Part shown: positions 11,047 through 21,724 of the stretch, in pieces | Layout of the letters: every line of letters begins with the position of its first letter | Numbering within the stretch: position 1 is the first letter of the stretch | NCBI RefSeq assembly: GCF_006345805.1 | Contig: NW_021836710.1 | Span: 1-23,048 of the forward strand | Source: Octopus sinensis | Taxonomy: Eukaryota | Length of the DNA: 23,048 bases | Direction: 5' to 3' | Position numbers and translations under genes: made by a program | The notes under the pieces: model-generated | Seen by the model: only the letters and a program-made list of their open reading frames with translations | Database searches by the model: none | What the model was told of the DNA's origin: nothing

Positions 11047-11048
<2 letters not shown>
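10520..11048 (+). mobile_element. Inverted ~1.07-unit copy of the same repeat (fold-back arm)
   Basis: Reverse complement of the array unit from TTTTTTTCACCACC (10522) to ATTATGAAT (11048), followed directly by (AT)n. AATT at 10520-10523 is shared by both orientations. Confidence 0.9.
10707..10813 (+). ncRNA. Type I hammerhead ribozyme (inverted copy)
   Basis: Helix I ATTTCTTG 10707-10714 / CAAGAAAT 10806-10813. Core CTGAAGA 10715-10721. Helix II TCTG 10723-10726 / CAGA 10785-10788 plus a long distal stem. C-GAAA 10789-10793. Helix III ACGG-TGCA-TCGT 10793-10804. GTA triplet, predicted cut 10805/10806. Pair 10.1-11.1 is A.C. Confidence 0.75.
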
Positions 11049-11082
<34 letters not shown>

Positions 11083-11099
11083 ATATTATAATATAATAT

Positions 11100-11180
<81 letters not shown>

Positions 11181-11386
11181 GTATGTATACATACATATAC
11201 GATGGGCTACTTTCAGTTTCTGTATATCAAAGCCACTCACAAGGCTTTGATCGGCCCGAGGCCGTGGGAGTGAACACGGGGCCATGTGTTTGGTATACAA
11301 GCTATTTACCAACCGCCACTCTTGCGCTTTTGTATGTATATATATGTATATACATACATACATAAATACATACATACATACATACA

Positions 11387-11420
<34 letters not shown>
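11047..11420. repeat. (AT)n/(TG)n and (TACA)n tracts around the SINE fragment
   Basis: Direct reading. Confidence 0.9.
11198..11327 (-). mobile_element. tRNA-derived SINE 5' part, internally deleted
   Basis: The minus strand has an A-box-like AGTGGCGGTTGGT and a B-box-like GTTCACTCCC, followed by a body running into a (TA/TG)n tract. Resembles an abundant octopus SINE as recalled (not database-checked). A partial second match lies at 17068-17100. Confidence 0.55.
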
Positions 11421-11761
11421 GAATAATATATCAGTTGAATAAATTGACGACATGGTCTTGTTATAACGTTTTTTGTTAATGTATTTAAAAAAGAAATTTT
11501 TACAATGTTGAAGTGTGTTAAATATTGAAAGAATATTTATAATGTTCAGAAAGTTAAACTTTATGAAATTTATAAACATTACTAAATATTTTTTTATTGT
11601 TTAACACACTTCAACATTGCAAAAAAAAAAAGAAGTTTTTAAATGCAATAATAATAAAAACCTTAGAACCACACCATGTTGAAACTTCTTTCAATTGATA
11701 TAAATATAGAGAGAGATAGAGACAAAGATAGATAGATCGATAGATAGATACATAGATAGAT

Positions 11762-11951
11762 AAGTTTCTTTATTGGCCACACAGGGCTGCACACAGATGG
11801 GACAAGTTACAAGGTAGAGCTTTTCTTTTGGGGGATGAAAAAAAACAAAAAACAAAAGAAACAAAAAAAAGGGGGGTGGCGTAGGTTTTCGATCAAGAGG
11901 GATTGTAAAAGGGAAGAAAAGAACAAAAAAAAATTTTAAATTAACAAATAA

Positions 11952-11954
<3 letters not shown>
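11762..11954 (-). mobile_element. Probable 3' end of a non-LTR retrotransposon inside a (GATA)n tract
   Basis: On the minus strand a pyrimidine-rich stretch precedes AATAAA (11769-11774), followed within ~10 nt by (TATC)n. (GATA)n lies on both sides. Confidence 0.45.
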
Positions 11955-12044
<90 letters not shown>

Positions 12045-12047
12045 AAA

Positions 12048-12126
<79 letters not shown>
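11955..12126. repeat. (GATA)n microsatellite with one interruption
   Basis: Direct reading. Confidence 0.98.
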
Positions 12127-12127
<1 letters not shown>

Positions 12128-13039
12128 TCACACTCAAGTACTGGGAACTGAGCTGTTTATTAAGAAATCTCAGTTACGAGAGAAAATGCTGTCGGGTAAA
12201 TTCATAGGAATAACTGGGCACAAATACATATCGTTGCTATTATGCAAAATTGTCGTAAGTCCGAAAAATTGCTTTTTTCAGAGAACGACAATATAGTTTC
12301 ACCATTCTATAGCAAAACCGTTCTACTATACTTTGACCATTTTTAATATCTTGGCATCTGAAGCAGCTGGAGATACGACAGTTTAACCAAAAGAATCGGA
12401 TATTGCAAGCAAAACTAATATTGCAAAAATGCATTTGACCAAAATTGGACATACGACAGTGTAACATAATAATAGCAACGGACATTACACACATACAAAA
12501 ATACTCGGGGATAAAAACAGATTTCAGAAACCGATGATAAAATGGCTTCGGTGAAATTGATAGTGTCAAATATGTCTCTTTAAAAATGCTGTTAATATTC
12601 ACCCCCCCCCCCAAAGAAAAAAACATAATCTTTATAACGTTATTACTGATTTAAAATCTCCTCTCAAAATAGCGCCGTTTCCGGAAACAAACTAGCAGTA
12701 AATCATAGTGAAATAACTAAGGCCCATGCATATGTATATGTGCATATATATATATACAATATTTTCTAGTTCGGTAACTTATAAATAATCACTTTTAAGT
12801 TTTGTAAATTCTACTAGACGGTAACTAATTTTATTACTAATTGGTCCTCGTCTAAGTTGCTTGGTAATGAATTCTGTGACCCGGTTGGTGTTTGTGTTGT
12901 TATTGTGGAGGCGGACTTGCTTTTTGTTTTGGCCATATGTGTGAGTGTCTGCTTCTGTAGGTGTATGTCAACGTCTGTGTATTAATTTTTAATCTTTCAC
13001 TACGTTAATGTATCTTTAATTATCCCGGAGCCCCGTGTC

Positions 13040-13087
13040 CTTATATATACATATACATTACATTACATACATACGTACATTGCATAC

Positions 13088-13134
<47 letters not shown>

Positions 13135-13560
13135 TACACACGCACTAACACATACATATATATATATAAATATATATCTGTATCCGTGTATGTGTATGTG
13201 TGTGAGTATCACTGCACGCGTGTGTATGGATGCATGTGTGTATATGAGGTGTATGTGAATGAATGCGTGCGTGTGTATATGAGTGCGTATGTTCATATTA
13301 GTCTGTATGTGTCTGTCTTTCTCTGAATATCTATCTACGTATCTATCTATCTATTTATTTGTCAACACACACATATGTACACACACACAAGCATACACAC
13401 ACACCCACATATATATATATATATATCCATCCACCTATTTATCTGTCCGTCTGTCTAACTCTGTCTATGTTCATGTATGTATATGTGTGTGTGTGTGTAT
13501 GTATATGTGTCGTGTGGTATGTGCTGTGTAGCGTCAGTTTATCTGCTTTATATATATATA
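13040..13560. repeat. Compound (CA)n/(TG)n/(TATC)n/(TA)n field
   Basis: Direct reading. Confidence 0.9.
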
Positions 13561-16307
13561 TATTTTGTTTTTTGCCCTTTCACACAGTGAATACTAAAAA
13601 GCCGTATTTTAGCAACTCTGCACTAATTTATCATTATTATTATGTGTAAATGGTTTTGAACTAATAGCTTTCTAATAAATGGCGTTCTACTCGTGCCTTT
13701 GTCCTAATGGCGTTTTGCCTCCTTCTTTACTGCTTCCATTTTTTTTTTCTTTTTCACTATCATTCCGACAACTTTGCACTAATTACATACTATTGATTTC
13801 TTTGGTCCATAGACAAGGCTAACATTTAGGAAGAGAGTAACGTAACCCTTAACTCTTTAGTACTAAGCATTTACTATGTCGACTTCTCCCTGAGAGTTAC
13901 GGGGCGGAGAATTATATGTGAAGGGTGTCGTGGTAAATGGCAGAGATCAAATCTATCAAAACTTTGAACATAGACACGTGATGATGATCTATCATGATAT
14001 TTCCACCTCCGCCATACCTCTTCCCCACATGCATGCACTTATTATCCCCTATTACAAAATGGTCACAGAATTTTAAATTAGAGGCATCTCATTTTTTTCA
14101 TTCTGTTTTGTTTTTCATACTTTTTTAAAAGAAAAGTTAGTGTTTATGATCTTTTAGAGGGCTTTCGTGTCTTAGCTTCAATGCTTCCAGTTGAAAAAAA
14201 TGGCACAGAAAAACCAGATAAGTGCTGCTAAAACAAGCGACAGTTAAAGTCTGCCAATCATGTAGGCTGCAGCAGGATTTGCGCAAAGAATAGACGTAAA
14301 TATTCTTTGTTTTTGAACTGTGAACATGTAAGAGGTTTGTTGCCTCGAATATGTTACCTAAAAAGAACAATGTTCTCGAGTAGACAGCACTCGATGTGAG
14401 TTGCTTGTTGCCCTCAATTATTATCATTTCGTTTCTCATTTCATATCATTATGTCTTCGTCTCAGCCCGTAGCTTCCTTTCTTTGTAAGGCCTTTATGGC
14501 CATTGTAATGAATAAAAGAATATACGTAAATGCCACTTAAGGCTCCTAAAGATAGGTGGTGTGGTTAAGCTGGCTGACGGAGGAAGTCTGCCACCCAAGT
14601 AGGTTGCCAAGGGATTTGAACACGAAACATCAGATTTCTAAACTTCTTTATCGGCACAAACTTATGGTCTCCCAAGCCACAGAACACATTTCAAACAACC
14701 AACGTAAAATATAAATTCCAATGTAAAAATAAAAGTTGTAAACTTCATGACTCAGGCTGTTATATTAGACATAGAGGTTTGTGTTGATATGGAAGCTCCA
14801 AAACCTGGTGCTTTTGTTGTAATTTATATATACGGATAGTTTGTCATAGAATGCAATTTCCTTTCAATGTTGAGTAATTTATTGAGAAAAAATGACATGG
14901 TATTACATTACAGGACATCTGGTGTCAGGAGGAGATGGTGTTATCTTAACAAAGGTCACTCTTACAACTGGAAATTTTTGAACAAGGCTATCTCCCCTAA
15001 ACGAACTGAGAATGGCCACGGAAATGTATTTGGAATTCGTAAGAAGATTACATGACTAGCATTTGCTGTTAATGAATCTGGAAGAAGCGTGACTTATTTA
15101 TTGATCAATCATGGGAATATTCTGAACTGGAACCCTTCTGAGATTATTTCGATCTGCAGACACAGATATTAATATTCACTGTAAAGCTACATAGAACACC
15201 AGTGTTAATCAATTATATCTTCACACCAAAGAAGAAGCCTGAAATTATGTACTTATGCAGACATAGATATTAATACCCAATAAAAAAAAACTATGAAGAA
15301 CCCTACTATTAATTAAGCCTTCTTTATGAGAAAAGTGTAATAAACTTACTCTCACAGTCACACCAGGAGCAGTTCTATTGTTTAAAAGGTCTCGATTTTT
15401 CCCCCATTTATTTTAATCGTTTTCAATATTATTTAGATTAACACAAGAAGGTTTTTTTAACGTGATGTTTTACGGTTTTTCGTAACTTTCTTCTTCCTCT
15501 ATAAATTTTGTTCGTGTTTGCAGAAATTTTAAGAAATTTTACCTCTTGTTACTCACACGACGATGGAGTACGAAGGAGAAACAAACGAACAAATATATCT
15601 GACAACCCAACACTATATTAGCATAAACATACACAGAGTAAGTATTTATAATCAACTGACGTCAGCACAATTAATACTACTCAAAATTGCACTGCTACCA
15701 CACGTTGCTTTATACTATTACCATAACTGTTATACAATTTCCTTTCTTGTCTCACTCTTTCCTACATTTTCTCTCTCTATTGACCGCTGTTTTTGGTAAA
15801 CAGACAGCTTTATAATCCTTCTTTAAATCAACATATTTTACAATAAAATAACATATTACACAATAACACATTTCCCTTTACACTGTTCCCATACTTTACT
15901 CACCCTCTCTCTCTCCTTCTCTCTATCTATTTATCTACCTATCTATCTCTTTCAATCATATATACCAATTATATAGATTTTTCAATCTATAAATATTTTA
16001 AATTTTCTTAAATCATTTTCATTTTTTTTCTTTTTCTTCTCCAATATCTGCTTCCTTTCTACACTTCATTCTCCATTGTATTTTTTTGTTTCTTCTCATA
16101 TTTTCTTTTGCCGATATTATTTTTTATTTCCTTTTTCTATTTCTATTCTGCATACAACTGCTATTTAAATCCTTGTAACAATGTGTGTCTGTATTCTTTT
16201 TTTTTTCTTCTTTACCAACGTTAACTCCATCGATTTCCAACAATGATTCAAATTGCACATTTACTTATAAATGTTTTCTCACTTTCTAATAGAATCTAAA
16301 ATATATA

Positions 16308-16539
16308 TCTTTTAGCTTTTACATGTTTCAGACATAGGAATGCGGCCATGCTGGGGCACCGGCTTGAAAGATTTTTTTTTTACTCGAACGAATCGACCCT
16401 GGTACTTATATTTATTTCCCACTCTGGTACTTAATCCATCGATTTCATTCGCCCAAACCGCTGAGATATAAAGGCACGAGCACACCAGCGTCAACCGTTA
16501 AGCAGTGGGGGGTAACAAGCACAGATACAGGGAAACACA

Positions 16540-16570
<31 letters not shown>

Positions 16571-16590
16571 TCAAACACACACACACACAC
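16308..16590 (-). mobile_element. SINE 3' part preceded by a (TG)n tract
   Basis: Contains TGCGGCCATGCTGGGGCACC...TCGAACGAATCGACCCTGGTACTTA...GCCCAAACCGCTGAG followed by (CA)n. Resembles the same recalled octopus SINE family. Shares CTGGTACTT with the fragments at 17113 and 19063. Confidence 0.55.
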
Positions 16591-16870
16591 ATAACTGAAT
16601 AAGTTACAGTCAACAAGGATTACAGAGGAACATTTATTTGTAATCACTACAATCGTTTCCACGCAGCGTAGTTCTCCAGGTTCGCAGGTATTTGGTTATG
16701 CAATCATTTCCCTGCATTATGAGATCTTGTTGTGCTTCCTCAGGTGATGTACAAACATTGTTTCTATGTTCTGTAAACTCAGATTCTCGGTTTCGAGCAC
16801 TTCTTTTCTCTTATACATGCTTGTTGTTCATACACTAGTCTTCGTCTTTTGTTTTTCTATAATTTTCAAC

Positions 16871-16902
16871 TATATATGTATATGTATGTATGTATGTATA
16901 TA

Positions 16903-16965
<63 letters not shown>

Positions 16966-17067
16966 ATGTGTATATCTATATATGTATATATATATGTGTG
17001 TGTGTATATATATGTATATATATATGTATATATATATGTATGCATGTATGTATGTATAATGTGTGTA
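16871..17067. repeat. (TA)n/(TG)n/(TATG)n tract
   Basis: Direct reading. Confidence 0.95.
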
Positions 17068-17112
17068 TGTACGACGGACTTCTACAGTTTCATAAAACAA
17101 TAAGAAGAATTA

Positions 17113-17310
17113 TTTTAAACGTTGGCTCAATGCCGGAGTTTTGAACGGAGAGACTAAGTCGATTACGTTAACCCTAATACTCAGCTGGTACTTGTTTTTT
17201 TTACCGATCCTAAAATGTCAAGACGCAATATTTTACCTCGGCAGGATTTGAAACCAGAACATGAAGAACCGGAACAAATAATGCAAAATATTCTTAACGC
17301 TCTAACATAA
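17113..17310 (+). mobile_element. Degenerate SINE fragment (Meta-domain-like)
   Basis: TAAGTCGATTA...CTGGTACTTG...TTTACCGATCC...CTCGGCAGGATTTGAA aligns with the reverse complement of 19063-19191. Confidence 0.5.
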
Positions 17311-18298
17311 TTGTTTTTGCAGTGCAACCGTTTCACACTTTACAACCTTTTCACACTTTACTAAATGTAAGGAAGGATTTATTGGTAAACAAGTAACTCT
17401 TTTATGATTATCTAATTAAAAGGAGGAAAGAATTGGTGTGTTTGACAGACATGTTTCTTTGGCAGACATGTTTCTTACAAATAGTTAATCTAAATTTTTC
17501 TTAATATTTTTTGTGAAGTGCAAGAAGTACTGGAAGTAAACAAATTAGCATCAATTACACAAATCACGGTTGGAAAAAAAAGAGAAAAAAAATTTCGAGA
17601 AGATTATCATTGAGTTTATAGAAAAAGATTAACAGCTTTTTGTAAAAGAAAGGCTAATTAAGGAAAGAAAATTAATAAAACCGAGAAAGCAGACACAGCA
17701 GATGTGTACGCTTAAACAAATGAGGATCTAATGAAATTTATAATAACGTCGTAGCAGTTTTTGCCAGTATCACTAATCAGGGTGAGGTTTTGGAAATAGG
17801 AATAATATGTCACAGTAGGAAGAGCTTCCTTGTTCAACGAGTCATCAAAGCAACGACAAACCGAAGAGTCATGTGCGTCTTTATTTTTCAGAATTTATGG
17901 CATGTCCATTTCCCCTCAAAACCTCAAACAGTAAATTTGGAAGAATATAAGCTGATGAATGGCAAGATGAGTTCTACACCAACAGGGATATAACGTTGGA
18001 TACAGGTAAAAAAATTTGCATTGTCATCAATATTGAAGATGAAATGCAGAAACTGGCACAGATGGTTCTCCACATACACCTCGCCATGAATAAAGGGATA
18101 GATAAAAGAATGGCAGACAGTGATGCAGGTAGCAAAATGGAAAAGGGTGGGCTTATTGTCTGTAGATAAGGTTATATTCGTCAACATGCTTTTCTGGTTC
18201 AATAACCGTCAACAGCACCATATTTGTCTAATCTTGTTTCCTTAACCAAGGGAAGTAACTCGAAGCTGCCTCTTCGCAAAGCAAACTTCCTTACCAAA

Positions 18299-18299
<1 letters not shown>

Positions 18300-18392
<93 letters not shown>
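18300..18392. repeat. (ATT)n microsatellite
   Basis: Direct reading. Confidence 0.98.
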
Positions 18393-18903
18393 GAGTAAGA
18401 GAGCAGTGCATGCCATCAAAGTGACACTGGGGTAAAATATACACCAGACACATGCATCACAACCATGTGTGCGCGACATGGTAATCTCATATCAAGATAA
18501 ACAGCGCATGACCTTGCAGGTGGGGCCCAGTTAAAATTTTCTTTTGGTTGAGTAACCCATCCCGCTCAAAAGGTCCCTGAATAAGGGTTGTTTAAGGATG
18601 TTGAAAGAACCACCCATGTTGCCAAAGGTGAATTGTTAAAACCCCAAAGAATCCCTCTCAACACATGGCTATGATGCTCCCTCACTACTTCTGCTCGTGA
18701 TCAGAGATGAACATATCGTCAGCCACTAAGGGACATGCTCAACTGGTTAAGGTCAAACAACTGACAAGCAAATCTGTGGTATTGAGCAGAATCTTTGCTG
18801 TAGTCCATCTTTTATACCAAGACAAAACAATGTACATGATAACACTTCCAATCAGTTAAGATCAGAAGCCATGAGAGTCACTGACTCGTACTGCATCAGG
18901 GCA
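18393..18903 (-). mobile_element. Interspersed repeat, probable LINE 3' UTR with (AAT)n tail (RTE-like)
   Basis: Homologous copy in the opposite orientation at 20462-20770. (ATT)n arrays on both sides (18300-18392, 18903-19062). The family assignment is inference. Confidence 0.55.
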
Positions 18904-18948
18904 TTTATTATTATTATTACCATTATCATTATTATTATTATTATTATT

Positions 18949-19019
<71 letters not shown>

Positions 19020-19062
19020 CATCATCATCATCATCATCATCATCATTATTATTATTATTATT
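18903..19062. repeat. Alternating (ATT)n/(ATC)n blocks
   Basis: Direct reading. Confidence 0.95.
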
Positions 19063-19191
19063 CTGTCGAGTTTGGCTTTGTCTTTCATCCTTTCGGGGTC
19101 GATAAAGCAAGTACCAGTTGAACTCTGGGTTCGATATAATCGACTTATTCCCCCCACCAGAATTACTGGCTTCGTGCCAAAATTTGAAACC
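19063..19191 (-). mobile_element. SINE fragment (Meta-domain-like)
   Basis: The minus strand reads TAAGTCGATTATATCGAACCCAGAGTTCAACTGGTACTTGCTTTATCGACCCCGAAAGGATGAAAGAC, similar to the conserved GGTACT...CGACC..G.AAGGATG.AAGG SINE core as recalled. Second copy at 17113-17310. Confidence 0.6.
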
Positions 19192-19371
19192 ATTATTACA
19201 TCTGATGTCTGTACGCAATACCAACTGTTTCTTTCAGACATTATGCTTCCTACAAGTTTGTTTTGTCTCGTTCTTTGTTCCATAACACGGTATTGTTTTT
19301 ATTTGCTTTTGTATTCATCGTTTTCCAGAAATTTTAATGACCTCCCAGCTATATTAAAACTATTTCATAAC

Positions 19372-19394
19372 AATTATCATCGTCGTCGTCGTCG

Positions 19395-19443
<49 letters not shown>

Positions 19444-19731
19444 AATCTTCAGTTATCATCATCATAACCATCATCTTCAATCATCATCATCATCATCATC
19501 ATCACTACTATCACCATCGCCATCATCATCATCATCATCATCATCATAATCTTCAGTTATCATCATCATCATCATCATCATCATCTTCAATCATCATCAT
19601 CATCATCATCACCACCTCCACTTCACCACCACCACCACAAACAACAACAACAACAACACCAATACCAACACAATCATCGTGCAATATCATCACCAACAGT
19701 ATCTCTATCAACAACACCACCATTATCACCA

Positions 19732-19765
<34 letters not shown>

Positions 19766-20060
19766 TCCACCACCACCACCACCATCATCATCACCATTAC
19801 CACTGCCACCATCATCACCGCCGCTACCACCACCACTACCGCCACAGCCACCACCACTACCACCACCATCACCATCCTTATCAGTATCATGATTATTATT
19901 TACGAATCATCATCATCATCATCACTACCACCACCATCATCATCATCACCACCACCACTGCCACCATCATCACCACCGCTACCACCACAACCACCGCCAC
20001 AGCCACCACCACCACCACCATCCTTATCAGTATCATGATTATTATTAACGAATTTATCAT
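19372..20060. repeat. (CAT)n/(CAC)n field with two internal duplications (~104-bp and ~146-bp period)
   Basis: CATAATCTTCAGTTATC at 19441 and 19545; CCATCCTTATCAGTATCATGATTATTATT at 19872 and 20018. Confidence 0.9.
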
Positions 20061-20461
20061 TATTAAACATCATGAACGCTGATTTCAATAGTATTCTCCA
20101 ACAGAGCAGTGGGTGTCTCTATGGCAATCTGGTTTCTTTGAACAAAAAGAAAAGCGAAAGACGAAAGCCATATCTATGAAAATCTCCATCATCGCGCGAA
20201 CCATACTCTGGAATATACCAATACGAAGAGATAGGGGAGTGAAGGCTAATCGGTCAAATATCGTTGCCTAGACCCACCGGGAAACATGTGCCCCCTAATC
20301 AACATATCAGTCTCAGCAGTGAAAACTTATCTCTAAAAGAAAATGGAAAAAATCTCGATATACAAAGGTCCGGAGACAGAGATAACCTGAATGTTGAATC
20401 GCTAAAATTATAGATGCTTTTGGTATGGTCAGAAACATACTGGAAACTGTATAACCAAATC

Positions 20462-20780
20462 CCATGTGTTGAGAGAGGAATTCTTTGGGACTTGAATAAT
20501 GCACCTCTGGTAACATCGGTGTTTCGTTCTATTCAGGGACCTTCTGAGCGGGATGAGCTTCTACACCACAGGAATATTCTAACGGGGCCCCGCCTGCAAG
20601 GTCATGCGCTGCTTAATTAGATGTAATGTCACCATGTCACGCAGATATGGTTGTAATGCACGGGCCTGGTGAACCCTTAATAAACGGGTAGTCATGATGG
20701 GTATACTGGGTTTCGTATACATTTGTGACCACAGTGTCACTTTGATGGCATGTATTGCTCTCTCACTTTATAATAATAAA
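20462..20780 (+). mobile_element. Second, more diverged and truncated copy of the 18393-18903 repeat
   Basis: CCATGTGTTGAGAG...GCCTGCAAGGTCATGCGCTG...CAGTGTCACTTTGATGGCATG...CTCTCAC then TAATAATAA; reverse complement of 18393-18670. Confidence 0.7.
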
Positions 20781-21015
20781 GCTGATGATGGCGAAGGTGA
20801 TGATGATGGTGGTGATGATAATGATGATGATAATGATGATGATAAAAATAATAACAACAATAAAGATACTATTGAAAACAATATTGGATTTAAACCATCC
20901 TTTACTAAATTCTACGTTTTCTTTCATATGCTTACAATAATAAAGCCATCGCTGTTACTACAATCTACTGATGCTAAAACAACAGCAACTACAACTACTG
21001 TTGCTGCTGCTGCTG

Positions 21016-21068
<53 letters not shown>
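20770..21068. repeat. (GAT/AAT)n, (GCT)n and (ACT)n tracts
   Basis: Direct reading. Confidence 0.9.
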
Positions 21069-21319
21069 GTTTCTTTAGTTTGTTTTTTCGTGGTTTTGTG
21101 TTGATTTAAGAAGATAAATTACTTTGGTCTTTAGTTATTATAACAAATCTATTTTACAAACAAACTAAAGGAAATGTTCGTGTGTTTTTTGAAAAGTTCA
21201 TTGGCGTTCGTTCAGAATCGAAAATATGCTTTAAAAAATTCTTTTACTTTTTTTAAAAACTGTTTATCAGATCTGATTGATTGCCACCAAATCACCACTT
21301 GCAAACAGGCTCACATAGA

Positions 21320-21395
21320 CACCCATATACATGTATACGGCACATCCATATATATATGTAATGTATATATATATATATATATATTATATGTATGC

Positions 21396-21427
<32 letters not shown>

Positions 21428-21539
21428 TATATATATATGCATATATATATGTATGTATATATATGCTATATCTATGTATGTATGTATATATATATATTGT
21501 ATATGTATATATATATTATACACGCACGGATAGACACAC

Positions 21540-21570
<31 letters not shown>

Positions 21571-21693
21571 ATTTATATTACATATATACATATGTGTGTG
21601 CATACATATATATATGTATAGATACATAAATGTATATTTTATAATATATAATATATATATAATATATACATATATATATATATGCTTATATAT

Positions 21694-21724
<31 letters not shown>
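21320..21724. repeat. (TA)n/(CA)n compound microsatellite
   Basis: Direct reading. Confidence 0.95.

Noticed and set aside
12800-12940. Minus-strand 40-codon ORF MAKTKSKSAST... resembling a LINE ORF1 start
   Set aside because: Short, stops early, and has no diagnostic motif.
10958-13649. ORFs of 135, 169, 148 and 128 aa and shorter
   Set aside because: Mostly microsatellite-derived. The non-repetitive 128-aa ORF (12240-12626) has no recognisable motif.
14905-14955. Possible micro-exon GHLVSGGDGVILTK (WD40-like)
   Set aside because: Weak acceptor and donor context, no partner exons, and too short to judge.
16648-16679. Minus-strand CTGGAGA...GAAAC-GATT-GTA hammerhead-like motif
   Set aside because: Core A6 is changed, helix II is out of register, and helix I has only 2 bp.
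17860-18170. Possible decayed RTE reverse-transcriptase C-terminus (IFRIY.., IEDEMQK..RWF.HI)
   Set aside because: It needs several frameshifts and the motif spacing does not fit; a translated HMM search would be needed.
18852-21621. Poly-Ile/His/Asn/Asp/Thr ORFs
   Set aside because: Trinucleotide and dinucleotide repeat translations.
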